NCBI GenBank assembly: GCA_965279515.1
Contig: CBDIID010000003.1
Location: forward strand, 4,448,001 to 4,512,000
Reading direction: 5' to 3'
DNA: 64,000 nt
Source: Turneriella sp.
GTDB lineage: Bacteria > Spirochaetota > Leptospiria > Turneriellales > Turneriellaceae
Part shown: positions 55,429 to 64,000 of the stretch, piece after piece
Position numbering within the stretch: the first letter of the stretch is position 1
Layout: every line of letters begins with the position of its first letter
The notes under the pieces: generated by a model
The model's database searches: none
The model's input: the letters and a program-made list of their open reading frames with translations, nothing else
Told to the model about the DNA's origin: nothing
Position numbers and translations under genes: made by a program

Positions 55429-56704
55429 TAAAACGCAGTCACGCCGCGAGTTTCTGGGTTCGGCGGCGAAAGCGCTGTCTGCGTTTTTTATGCTGCCCGC
55501 TGCAGCGGCGCTCCGGGCCGAAGAAGATCCGTATGATAGCATCACGCTGCCTTCGCCCGTCAAGAGCGTGATTTTTCTGAACATGGTCGGCGGCATGAGC
55601 CACGTCGATACCTTTGATCACAAACCTGATTCCGCCTTCGCCGCAGTCGACACTTCCATTAAGGGACTCCGTATAGCCGAGACTTTTAAACAAACGGCGC
55701 AGGCGCTTTCTGCCGTGAGTCTTGTGCGTACGCTGCGTTCCGAAGACGGCGCGCATGAATTCGGCCAGCATCTGGTTGCAACCGGCTACCGTTTTACCGA
55801 ATCGCAGGGTTTTCCCGATATTCCCTCGCTCGGCAGTGTCATCGCCTATGCCCGCACGCGGCGCAGCACCGGCGCGTACTTTCCCGCCAGCATTGTCCTC
55901 AACGATCGGGGTAGTGGCGGCGACGGGGGATTTCTCGGTGTCAAGTATGCCGGGTTCCATGTCTCAAATCCACAGAAGGCATTGCAGAACCTGCTCGGTG
56001 ACAACAATATGCCGGTCGAGCGGCTGACGCGGCGCGAGAAGTTGCTGGAGATTCTCAACGAGAGTTTCTTTGCGCGTAACCCCGCAGCATCGTATATCGC
56101 CTGGAAACAGATGTTCGAATCCGCGCTGTCTTTCATGAACTCCGATAAGCTATCGGTTTTTGATCTCGCGCTGATGAACCCGGCCCTGCGCGCGCGTTTC
56201 GGCGAATCGCGCATCGGCTCGTCGCTGGCTCTTGCCTACCGCCTCGCCGAAAAAGAAACGCCTTTCATTCAGGTGAATGTCGGTGGCTGGGATACGCACA
56301 GTAACAATAAGAACAAAATCGCCGATATCTGCCGCGATCTCGACCCGGCACTCGCCACGCTTTTAAGTGAACTCAAGTCGAGCGGGTTGATGTCGCAGAC
56401 GCTGTTTGTACTGGTCTCTGAATTCGGCCGCACGCCCGAAGCCGGCGGCAAAGACGGCCGCGACCATTATCCTAAAATTTTCACCGGGCTGATCGGCGGC
56501 GGCCCAATTACGGGCGGCATGGTATTGGGAGAGACCGATGCGAAGGGGCAAAAAGCTGTGAAAGACAGCTGGCATCTGAAGCAGTTTCTGTCGACCGTGC
56601 ACCGTGCGGCAGGCATCGACCCCGAGGCGCAGCTGATGACGCCTTCAGGCCGGCCGTTTCCGCTCAGCCCGCGCGAGACCAGGCTGATTACTGAACTGCT
56701 GTAA
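55418..56704 (+). CDS. DUF1501 protein with a Tat signal
   Basis: SRREFL Tat motif; VIFLNMVGGMSHVDTFD, GWDTH, SEFGRTP, GRDHY. Confidence 0.92.
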   Translation: MFADKTQSRREFLGSAAKALSAFFMLPAAAALRAEEDPYDSITLPSPVKSVIFLNMVGGMSHVDTFDHKPDSAFAAVDTSIKGLRIAETFKQTAQALSAVSLVRTLRSEDGAHEFGQHLVATGYRFTESQGFPDIPSLGSVIAYARTRRSTGAYFPASIVLNDRGSGGDGGFLGVKYAGFHVSNPQKALQNLLGDNNMPVERLTRREKLLEILNESFFARNPAASYIAWKQMFESALSFMNSDKLSVFDLALMNPALRARFGESRIGSSLALAYRLAEKETPFIQVNVGGWDTHSNNKNKIADICRDLDPALATLLSELKSSGLMSQTLFVLVSEFGRTPEAGGKDGRDHYPKIFTGLIGGGPITGGMVLGETDAKGQKAVKDSWHLKQFLSTVHRAAGIDPEAQLMTPSGRPFPLSPRETRLITELL

Positions 56705-56707
56705 AGC

Positions 56708-57259
56708 TCAGCGCGCCAGCTGCATGCGAAAGCTGACTTCGACGTCGTCTTTCATAATGATGTTCGCGATGTGGTTACCGGTCAGAGCAAAATCCTTGCG
56801 GTTGATCACGAAGCTGCCGCTGGCACGCAGGTTGTTTTTATCCACTGCCTGTATTTTTAGCGGTATTTTGTAATCCCGGGTTTTGTCTTTAATCTGCAAC
56901 GTGATGTCGGTTTCGTAGTCGCCCCCGGTTGTCGCTCGCACCGCACGAATACGGATAACTGCCTGCGGGTATTTGGCGCTATGAAAAAAATCGCTGGCAC
57001 GCAGGTGGTCGTCGCGTTTGCGGTCGCGCGTGAACACAGAGGCGGTGTTGATGATGAGCTCGCCGCGCGCCGACGTGAAACCTTTTTTCTCGTCATAAGA
57101 GAATTTGCCGAACTTGAAATCCCGAAAATAACCCCGCACATTGGTGATCTTCGCTGGCACATAAAAGCTGATCTCACTGCTTTCGGTTTTGATCGCGAAA
57201 TCCTTTGCAGAAAGCGTGGTTACGAGAAGAAATATCACCCCCAGGGGTAGTTGGCGCAT
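56708..57259 (-). CDS. YceI-family lipid/isoprenoid-binding protein
   Basis: Signal peptide; VRGYF, RDDHLRASDFF..KYP, INRKDF. Confidence 0.92.
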   Translation of the reverse strand: MRQLPLGVIFLLVTTLSAKDFAIKTESSEISFYVPAKITNVRGYFRDFKFGKFSYDEKKGFTSARGELIINTASVFTRDRKRDDHLRASDFFHSAKYPQAVIRIRAVRATTGGDYETDITLQIKDKTRDYKIPLKIQAVDKNNLRASGSFVINRKDFALTGNHIANIIMKDDVEVSFRMQLAR

Positions 57260-57302
57260 GCGCGCTGCGTAGCGGATTTATTCAGGTGGAAAAGACATTT
57301 TT
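57256..57302. repeat. 47-bp direct repeat, copy 2
   Basis: GCATGCGCGCTGCGTAGCGGATTTATTCAGGTGGAAAAGACATTTTT. Confidence 0.92.
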
Positions 57303-57413
57303 AGAAATGCAGCGGCAAGACCGCGATGCGTAATTTTATTGGCGTGATTTGGGTCCTGTAGATAAAAATGCAAAAATTATTGACGCCCTAAAAAGGGCTA
57401 TTTAAGGAAGGTT

Positions 57414-58025
57414 ATGAAATATTTAATGTCTATCGCGATTTTTACTATGCTGACAGCGGGCTGCGTTGTGAAAAAGGATTCTGCGGCCTCCGCGGCCGTT
57501 TCTGCCGAGATCGCCACGCAACTGGCGAAAGGGTTTTCAAACCCAGGCGGGGCTAATAGTAGCATGTCCGGCACTTCCGCATCACTAACAGCGACATGTA
57601 CACCTATCACAAATGGTGTCCGCTGCTCCTCGTCAGACGGATTTGAAATGGAAAGGCTTCTCGTTGGTAGTACGATTTCAGGGTATCAGAAGATGACGAA
57701 TGTAACAGTGACTGTCGGCGGGAAAGCATACACAGTAAATGGCCGTATTGATATGACAGGTACGACGACGACAGGAACAACTAGCTATAACACCACGACG
57801 GGCCAAATTAACAGTAGTTCGAGTACTAATCAAATATTCAATGGCACCCTGAAGATTACAGGTCCTGATAATTTTGATGTAGAATACCGGGCATATTCAG
57901 TAAGTGTAGGTTTCACAATTTCGGGCACCATTACGAGCCTCAGTTACAATTTCACGTTTACCTGTGGTGGAAAACTGCTCGTCGATACGATCGAATTCCC
58001 CGTCAAAAGCGACTGCTCAATCTGA
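57414..58025 (+). CDS. T/S-rich beta-rich lipoprotein, hypothetical
   Basis: LTAGC lipobox; AAGGAAGG upstream; paired Cys residues. Confidence 0.7.
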   Translation: MKYLMSIAIFTMLTAGCVVKKDSAASAAVSAEIATQLAKGFSNPGGANSSMSGTSASLTATCTPITNGVRCSSSDGFEMERLLVGSTISGYQKMTNVTVTVGGKAYTVNGRIDMTGTTTTGTTSYNTTTGQINSSSSTNQIFNGTLKITGPDNFDVEYRAYSVSVGFTISGTITSLSYNFTFTCGGKLLVDTIEFPVKSDCSI

Positions 58026-58054
58026 GCAGCGCTCTAATTCCTCAGGGCTGAATT

Positions 58055-58672
58055 ATGAAAAAGATTATCCTTATCTTGCTTTGCTCCTGCGTTTTTAGTA
58101 TTTCCGCCTTCGAAATTCCCGGCTACAAAGCTGCCTCAGGGCTGACGGTGAACCTCGGCGGTGGTTTCAATATCGCCGGTAAAAGCGAGATGCGCGCCAA
58201 TGATACGTTACCGAGTTTTACCAATTTCACGGGCAGCCTCAATCTCTGGTTTGGCAGCCTGTTTAAATTCGGCAGCGGCTTTTTTGATCTGAACACACAG
58301 CTCGGCCTCTTTGCCGGCTATGTTCCGGTCATGACCTATAAAGACACGACAACGAGTAAAAGAAGCTCCGATGTCAAATTACCTGTCATTCTCGATGTGC
58401 GTTTTATCAACAGCAAAGGTTTTTTTGCCGGCATCGGTGGTGGCTATGCGCATACGATCATTACCACGATCGATATCACTGAAGCGACTGGCCCAGCAGC
58501 TGTCGTCTCACTGCTGGCCGGCTGGGAAATTTCTTTGCCCTACAATATCCAGGTCGGGCTCACACTACGCGGTATGTATTTTATCCAGCAAATTGAAAGC
58601 TCGAACGGCACGCGCCTGACGAACAACCAGCTGAACATCATGCCGCTGCTCCAGGTCGGCTACCACTTCTAA
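58055..58672 (+). CDS. Small outer-membrane beta-barrel protein
   Basis: Signal peptide; alternating strands; C-terminal VGYHF beta-signal. Confidence 0.72.
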   Translation: MKKIILILLCSCVFSISAFEIPGYKAASGLTVNLGGGFNIAGKSEMRANDTLPSFTNFTGSLNLWFGSLFKFGSGFFDLNTQLGLFAGYVPVMTYKDTTTSKRSSDVKLPVILDVRFINSKGFFAGIGGGYAHTIITTIDITEATGPAAVVSLLAGWEISLPYNIQVGLTLRGMYFIQQIESSNGTRLTNNQLNIMPLLQVGYHF

Positions 58673-58681
58673 CATCTTTAC

Positions 58682-58704
58682 GGCGGGTTCGCCCGCCCGG
58701 TTTT
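58682..58704 (+). terminator. Probable terminator
   Basis: GGCGGG-TTCG-CCCGCC followed shortly by TTTT. Confidence 0.5.
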
Positions 58705-58710
58705 GCGCCG

Positions 58711-59586
58711 GTGGCGCTTGCACAAGTATCCTATGCTCCGCTTACGGAGTGCCTAAGCGCTGAAAAGCGCGCGCAGCTCGACGCCTTCGGCGATCTGCTC
58801 CTTAACGAAGCAATGCCAGCCGGCTTTATCGGCGATTGCAGCCGCGCCGATCTTGACCTGCGTCACATACTCGATTCCATTTTACCGGCTGTTGCGCCTG
58901 AGTCGAAACCCGATTTCCCGCTGAACGGGGCGAAGGCTCTCCAGGTCTTTGATCTCGGCGCGGGGGCGGGCCTGCCATCGCTGCCGCTCGCGATTCTTTT
59001 TCCGCAGCATACCTTTCACCTTTTAGACGCGCAGGAAAAGCGCTGCCGTTTTGCCATCGCCGCGGCAGAAAAGCTGGGATTATCCAACGTGAAGGTCTAC
59101 CACGGCGTTGTGCAGGATTTCGCCGAAAAACACGGTGCCCATCTCAAGGCCGATGTGGTGATCTTCCGCGCCTTCCGCAAAATACTTGCTTCACTGGAGC
59201 TGGCGCTCCACGTGATAGCAGATCAGCAGCGGCCTGCATCCGAAAAATCCGGAGGGCCTCGGAGTTTGCAAGAGCAAACTCCTGCTAAAGCGCCCGAAGC
59301 GGGCTGCCCTCCGGATTTTTCGGAGCCGCTGCGATCTTCGGCGCTTGCAGAGCAAGCGCCGAAAGTGCTTTACTGGCGGTCTCAAAGCGTACCTTTTTCT
59401 GAAGCGGGATTAAAACGCGTGGCAGATTTGGGATACACCATCGATACATTCGTGAAATTCGCGTCGGCTGAGAATATTTTGCCGCGCGGCCTCTATACCT
59501 TTGCCAAGAGAAAATCCGCCATGAAGCCATACCCGCGCTCGTGGAAAAAGATTTCCGCCGACAAGCTGGTGGAGACCGAATCATGA
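58711..59586 (+). CDS. rsmG: 16S rRNA m7G527 methyltransferase with an internal insertion
   Basis: [26 protein letters not shown]; upstream of parAB. Confidence 0.9.
   Translation: MALAQVSYAPLTECLSAEKRAQLDAFGDLLLNEAMPAGFIGDCSRADLDLRHILDSILPAVAPESKPDFPLNGAKALQVFDLGAGAGLPSLPLAILFPQHTFHLLDAQEKRCRFAIAAAEKLGLSNVKVYHGVVQDFAEKHGAHLKADVVIFRAFRKILASLELALHVIADQQRPASEKSGGPRSLQEQTPAKAPEAGCPPDFSEPLRSSALAEQAPKVLYWRSQSVPFSEAGLKRVADLGYTIDTFVKFASAENILPRGLYTFAKRKSAMKPYPRSWKKISADKLVETES
59221..59363. repeat. Intragenic multi-hairpin palindromic element in rsmG
   Basis: Perfect stems: 19 bp (59239-57/59306-24), 8 bp (59226-33/59325-32), 9 bp (59261-82), 5 bp (59292-304), 12 bp (59337-63). Confidence 0.88.
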
Positions 59587-59602
59587 CAAACCGGGGCTTG
59601 TC

Positions 59603-60373
59603 ATGAAGGTCGTCGCGCTCGCCAACCAGAAGGGCGGCGTCGGCAAGACGACAACGACCATCAATTTAGGCGCCTACCTCGCCGGCGAAGGTCGACGTGT
59701 ACTCATCGTTGACATCGACCCGCAGGGCAATGCCGGCAGCGGCCTGGGGCTTGAAATTGCCGAAGCGAAACATACCATCTACCAGTGGCTCATCGGCCAA
59801 GAAGCGACTGCGCCGATCCAGAAAACCAATCAACCCAATCTCGACATCATACCAGCCAACATCGACCTCTCGGGTTTTGAGATCGATGTGCGCGACGATG
59901 CGAACCGCGATTTTGTACTGAAGACCCGGCTCAAAACTCTCAGCGCAGATTACGATTTTGTCTTGATTGATTGCCCGCCGAGCCTCGGCATACTGACCAT
60001 CAACGCGCTGACAGCCGCTGATTCGGTGTTGATCCCACTACAATGCGAATATTTTGCCTTAGAGGGATTAACCCAGCTGCTGCGCATCATCAACCTCGTG
60101 CGCACGAAACTCAATACTGCGCTGACGATTGAAGGCGTGCTGCTGACCATGTTCGACGCACGTACGCGCCTTGCTTCGCAGGTCGTGCAAGATGTGCGCG
60201 AACACTTTAAAAAACAGGTCTATGACGTCATTATCCCACGCAACGTAAAACTTTCCGAAGCGCCGTCATTCGGCCAGCCGATCAGCGTGTATGATCCCCA
60301 ATCGACAGGGGCAATTGCTTACAAGACGCTGGCAAAAGATTTACTGACACGCCAGGGTGGGGCCGCAGCCTGA
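59603..60373 (+). CDS. parA: Chromosome partitioning ATPase ParA/Soj
   Basis: [50 protein letters not shown]. Confidence 0.97.
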   Translation: MKVVALANQKGGVGKTTTTINLGAYLAGEGRRVLIVDIDPQGNAGSGLGLEIAEAKHTIYQWLIGQEATAPIQKTNQPNLDIIPANIDLSGFEIDVRDDANRDFVLKTRLKTLSADYDFVLIDCPPSLGILTINALTAADSVLIPLQCEYFALEGLTQLLRIINLVRTKLNTALTIEGVLLTMFDARTRLASQVVQDVREHFKKQVYDVIIPRNVKLSEAPSFGQPISVYDPQSTGAIAYKTLAKDLLTRQGGAAA

Positions 60374-60374
60374 T

Positions 60375-61259
60375 ATGCAAAAGCCCGGCGCCGGAAAAGT
60401 TTTAGGCCGCGGCCTTTCAAACCTGCTCGACCATACAGCTATGCCCGAAGCGGGTGAGCGCGTACAAGAAATTGACATCGGCCTCATTAAGCCCAACCCT
60501 GAAAATCCGCGCAAAAAATTCGACCGCACCGCGATTGAAGAACTCGCGCAGACCATCAAAGAGCATGGCCTGCTGCAACCGATTTTGGTGCAGAAAAAAG
60601 GTGAAATCTATACGGTGATTTCCGGTGAGCGCCGCCTGCGCTCGCTGATGAGTCTGGGCTATCCCAAGGCCCCGTGCATTGTCAAAGAACTCGATCGCAA
60701 AAAGACGCTCGAGGTGTCGCTCATTGAAAACATCCAGCGCGAGCAGCTCGACGCGATCGAAGAGGCCAGTGTCTATAAGACGCTGATGGCCGATTATTCG
60801 ATGACGCAGGAAGACGTCGCTGACCGCGTGGGCAAAAACCGCGCGACGGTCGCCAACCGGCTGAGGCTGCTGAATCTCCCCGAAATTGTACAGGCGGCGA
60901 TCGCCGACGGACGGCTCACCGAAGGGCAGGCAAGACCACTCTTGTCTGTGAAGAACAGCGACCTACAGCTCAAGCTCTTTAAAGAGATTACCACGGGCCA
61001 GGGGTTGAATGCGCGGCAGATCGAAGACCGCGCGCGCTCGCTGTCGCAGCCCAAAGACAACAAGAAGAACGATAAGCCGAAAAAAATCGACGCCAATATC
61101 AAGGCCGTCGCGCAGAAGCTCGAAGAACAGCTCGGCATGCGCACGCGCATCAAGTATAACGCACAAAAGAAAAGTGGCACCCTCGCTGTAGATTTTTTCT
61201 CGCTCGATGATCTCGAAAAACTGCTGAAAATCCTGGGCCTGAAGCGCGTGTCGCTCTGA
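60375..61259 (+). CDS. parB: Chromosome partitioning protein ParB/Spo0J
   Basis: LGRGL, GLLQPI, GERR, LIENIQRE, HTH TQEDVADRVGKNRATVANRLRLL. Confidence 0.97.
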   Translation: MQKPGAGKVLGRGLSNLLDHTAMPEAGERVQEIDIGLIKPNPENPRKKFDRTAIEELAQTIKEHGLLQPILVQKKGEIYTVISGERRLRSLMSLGYPKAPCIVKELDRKKTLEVSLIENIQREQLDAIEEASVYKTLMADYSMTQEDVADRVGKNRATVANRLRLLNLPEIVQAAIADGRLTEGQARPLLSVKNSDLQLKLFKEITTGQGLNARQIEDRARSLSQPKDNKKNDKPKKIDANIKAVAQKLEEQLGMRTRIKYNAQKKSGTLAVDFFSLDDLEKLLKILGLKRVSL

Positions 61260-61266
61260 GAAAATC

Positions 61267-62361
61267 ATGGCCCGCAGTTTCCTGAACAGTATTACGCAAA
61301 ACGCCGCGCATTACACACCGGGCGAGCAGGTCAACGAAACGGGCTGGATCAAACTCAACACCAACGAGAGTCCCCTGGCGCCGTCGCCGCGTGTCTTCAA
61401 GGTTCTCGCCGGGCTTGTCGGGCAGGGCGATATTTTGCGCAAATACAGCCATCCCCTCGGTGAGCCATTGCTTACGGCGCTTGCAGATTACTGGCAGATC
61501 GATAAGGCCCGCCTGATGGTGACCAATGGCTCGGACGAAGCACTGGCCCTGCTGTGCCGCGCGACGCTTTCGGCGGAGCGCGCCGCGGTTTTCCCCGGAG
61601 TCACTTACAGTCTCTACAAAACCCTGGTAACGAATGCCGGCGCAAAGTACCTCGAGGTACCCGTTATCGCCAAACGGGGCCAACCCTACGGTGTCGATCT
61701 CGACGCTCTCGAACGCTCCGACGCGGCCGTCGTTTTTGTCGCGAACCCCAATGCGATTACCGGCGAATACCTGGCGCGCGAGAATCTCAAAGCCGTTATC
61801 GCAAAGTCAGAAAAACTCTGGGTTGTCGATGAGGCCTACAATGACTTTGCCGGGCCTGAGGCGACCATGATGGCCTATGTCGGCGAGTTGGATAACCTCG
61901 TGGTGACGCGCACTTTTTCCAAAACGCACGCACTTGCCGGACTGCGTGTCGGGTATCTCGCCACCTCGAATACAATACTCATGAATGGCCTGATGGCGCA
62001 CAAGGATTCTTATAATGAAGACGCTATCGCCACACGCCTTGCCACAGCGGCGCTCGAAGACAGGGACTGGCACCGCAGCATTCTGCGCGCGGTGAGCGCG
62101 GGGCGTGAGTTTCTGCGCGGCGAACTTGGCGCGATGGGTTTTACCGTCTATGAGTCGTCGGCAAACTATCTGCTGGCCAAAGCTCCAGAGAAAATGGCTG
62201 CAGCGGACATTGTGGAAAAACTACGCGCTTACAAAATGCTGATCCGTTATTATGCAGGTTCCATCTTCTCCGATTGCGTGCGCATCAGCGTCGGCGCCGA
62301 GGGTGAGAATGCAAAGCTGATCGGCTCCCTGAAAGAAATTCTGGCGAAGGCCGGTAGCTGA
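61267..62361 (+). CDS. hisC: Histidinol-phosphate aminotransferase
   Basis: YTPGEQ, KLNTNESP, NGSDE, ANPNA, VDEAY, RTFSK..LAGLRVGY. Confidence 0.93.
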   Translation: MARSFLNSITQNAAHYTPGEQVNETGWIKLNTNESPLAPSPRVFKVLAGLVGQGDILRKYSHPLGEPLLTALADYWQIDKARLMVTNGSDEALALLCRATLSAERAAVFPGVTYSLYKTLVTNAGAKYLEVPVIAKRGQPYGVDLDALERSDAAVVFVANPNAITGEYLARENLKAVIAKSEKLWVVDEAYNDFAGPEATMMAYVGELDNLVVTRTFSKTHALAGLRVGYLATSNTILMNGLMAHKDSYNEDAIATRLATAALEDRDWHRSILRAVSAGREFLRGELGAMGFTVYESSANYLLAKAPEKMAAADIVEKLRAYKMLIRYYAGSIFSDCVRISVGAEGENAKLIGSLKEILAKAGS

Positions 62362-62362
62362 C

Positions 62363-63406
62363 ATGGCCGGCGTCAATATGACCTATCGTTTTTTATCGTG
62401 GTTGCGCCTGGCGAAGAAACCTGAGGGCATCGACGTCACCCCGAAAACAGACTGGCACGAGCACCACATCGTCTCGCTGAAAAAGCACGAACGCTTTCGC
62501 GAAAAAGCCGGGGGAATTCCCCTGTTCGGTACAAAACCGACCTGGGTGCACCTTTACCCCCGCAATGAGCAGGATCTGATCGAAATATTACACCGCTACG
62601 ATATTCACCCTTTGACGGTAGAAGATATTTTTAACTCTTCGAACCGCATCAAACGCGAAAAATTTCCGCACTACACTTACCTGTGCTTTCGTGGCGTTCA
62701 CCTCAACGGCAGCTATATTTCGAGTAACGACTTTAACTTTATCATTACGAAAAAAACAATTATTACCATTTCAGAGAGCGAACGTACGACCATCGACCGT
62801 CTGCTTGCCGATGAAAGTTTATGCCGCGAGCTGCTCAAAAAGGGGCCGGAGTTCATTCTTCACCGCATACTCGACGTCGAAACGGATCATACACTGCACA
62901 TTGTTCACGACATCGACCTCGTATTCGAGCGTTCCGAAAGTATGCTGCTGATGCATAGCGCAAAACTCGACATTGCGATGGTCTTCGAGCTTAAGTCTTC
63001 CCTGGCCCTGATCAAAAAGCTGATTTTGACGCATAAAGAGATTTTCGACGAGATGCAGCTGCACGACATCAAACATTTCTCCCCCGATTCAGCCGCCTTC
63101 TTCCGTGACGTGCGCGACCATGCCATTAAGATCATTGATACCATCGACGGTATCTCGCAGGCGATTGCTTCGGCGATCGAAGCCTATAATACGATTTCAA
63201 CAAAACGCACGAACGATATCATCCGCATTCTGACGATCATGACGGCGATTATGCTGCCCTTAACGCTTGTCACGGGTTATTTTGGCATGAACTTCAAGAA
63301 CCTGCCTCTTACAGAAGATCATTATGGCTACCTGAAGACCATCGTCGGCATGGGCATTCTCGCGATCACGATGATCGTATTTTTTCTCAAGAAAAAGTGG
63401 CTTTAA
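62363..63406 (+). CDS. corA: CorA-family Mg2+/Co2+ transporter
   Basis: IHPLTVEDI, FRDVRDH, LTI..PLT..GYFGMNF, two C-terminal TMs. Confidence 0.93.
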   Translation: MAGVNMTYRFLSWLRLAKKPEGIDVTPKTDWHEHHIVSLKKHERFREKAGGIPLFGTKPTWVHLYPRNEQDLIEILHRYDIHPLTVEDIFNSSNRIKREKFPHYTYLCFRGVHLNGSYISSNDFNFIITKKTIITISESERTTIDRLLADESLCRELLKKGPEFILHRILDVETDHTLHIVHDIDLVFERSESMLLMHSAKLDIAMVFELKSSLALIKKLILTHKEIFDEMQLHDIKHFSPDSAAFFRDVRDHAIKIIDTIDGISQAIASAIEAYNTISTKRTNDIIRILTIMTAIMLPLTLVTGYFGMNFKNLPLTEDHYGYLKTIVGMGILAITMIVFFLKKKWL

Positions 63407-63411
63407 CCGGC

Positions 63412-63825
63412 CTATTGTTCCGGCGGGACGTCGGGTTTCGGTTTATAACGTTTACCTTCTTCATACTCTTTGAGCTCATCAGCGTCGGGCGCCGCGGTCT
63501 TTTGGTAGCCGATTTTCTCGCTTAGGGGTAAATCCGCCGCGCGGATTTCAAACAGTATTTCGCGATGGTAGTTGGGGCAGGTGTGGCAGGCCTGGCAGGT
63601 GGCTTTATCGCGGAAATACTCGCGCAGCACGCGGATGAAGGGCTTCTTAAATTTTGCCTTCTCCGCTTCGAATCCCGGCGGGGTATAATGGAAAACCGGC
63701 CCTGAAGAAACACATTTCGGGCCGCCGATGAATTCATGCGAAACCCAGAGCGTGGCCTCCGGCGCCTTGGCGGCTTCAGCCGCGATCGCTGCCGTAAATG
63801 CCAAACCGAGGAGCAGTCGCCGCAT
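63412..63825 (-). CDS. Small secreted protein with a CxxCH-containing motif
   Basis: Signal peptide; CQACHTC. Confidence 0.6.
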   Translation of the reverse strand: MRRLLLGLAFTAAIAAEAAKAPEATLWVSHEFIGGPKCVSSGPVFHYTPPGFEAEKAKFKKPFIRVLREYFRDKATCQACHTCPNYHREILFEIRAADLPLSEKIGYQKTAAPDADELKEYEEGKRYKPKPDVPPEQ

Positions 63826-64000
63826 CAGGTTGTCCGGCCGAGGCGTTTCATGATCTGTGCGGCGATGCGCGTCGCCATACTGCGCGGCGTGAAGCGGGTG
63901 AAGAAGACCAGCAGTTTGTTTTTAAAACCTGCGGTGACATAGGGTTTATGCCCCAGTGCATCGAGCGCCGCCTTGACGACGGGGGCGGCAGCCATGGCGC
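63825..64000 (-). CDS. C-terminal part of a probable SDR oxidoreductase (runs off the window)
   Basis: Manual translation AMAAAPVVKAALDALGHKPYVTAGFKNKLLVFFTRFTPRS..*; TGATG overlap with the next gene. Confidence 0.6.
   Translation of the reverse strand, partial: AMAAAPVVKAALDALGHKPYVTAGFKNKLLVFFTRFTPRSMATRIAAQIMKRLGRTT

Noticed and set aside
57068..57083. Possible parS half-site CGTGAAAC
   Set aside because: Only one half matches; not palindromic and lies inside yceI.
1..64000. CRISPR array, tRNA/rRNA genes, transposase or integrase
   Set aside because: No regularly spaced repeats, no tRNA-like or rRNA-like stretch and no recombinase motifs were recognised; intergenic gaps are short.

Overview
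A gene-dense 64 kb bacterial chromosomal window of moderately high GC. The flagellar proteins (FliF/FliG/FliH/FlbB type) and spirochaete-style lipoprotein signal peptides point to a Leptospiraceae spirochaete, plausibly Turneriella-like; this is an inference. Core content: a flgB-flgC-fliE-fliF-fliG-fliH-fliI-fliJ-(small ORF)-flbB flagellar operon, hemN, coaE-SPOR-argF, ccr, scoAB, a YgiQ radical SAM gene and rsmG-parA-parB-hisC-corA. Accessory content: a hydrolase-DedA-ATP-grasp fusion, a beta-barrel gene followed by two giant paralogous Cys-rich Ig-repeat lipoproteins, a CP-ATP-grasp/alpha-E pair, a VapBC-like module directly upstream of flgB, a clostripain-family lipoprotein, a solo Panacea-like gene, a CHAT-like protease operon and a planctomycete-type DUF1549/DUF1553 + DUF1501 pair. 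The most striking non-gene-level signals are: (1) a highly structured multi-hairpin element inserted in frame inside rsmG; (2) a 47-bp near-perfect direct repeat bracketing the 3.7 kb DUF1549-DUF1501-yceI block; (3) a recurring TTGAC-to-start-codon spacing of 33-35 nt suggesting leaderless promoters; (4) two small paralogous lipoproteins ending GGSGW; (5) a start-less gene remnant with its own terminator beside a tandem-RHH gene. No rRNA, tRNA, CRISPR array, transposase or integrase was recognised. All family calls come from motif recognition by eye, not from database searches.
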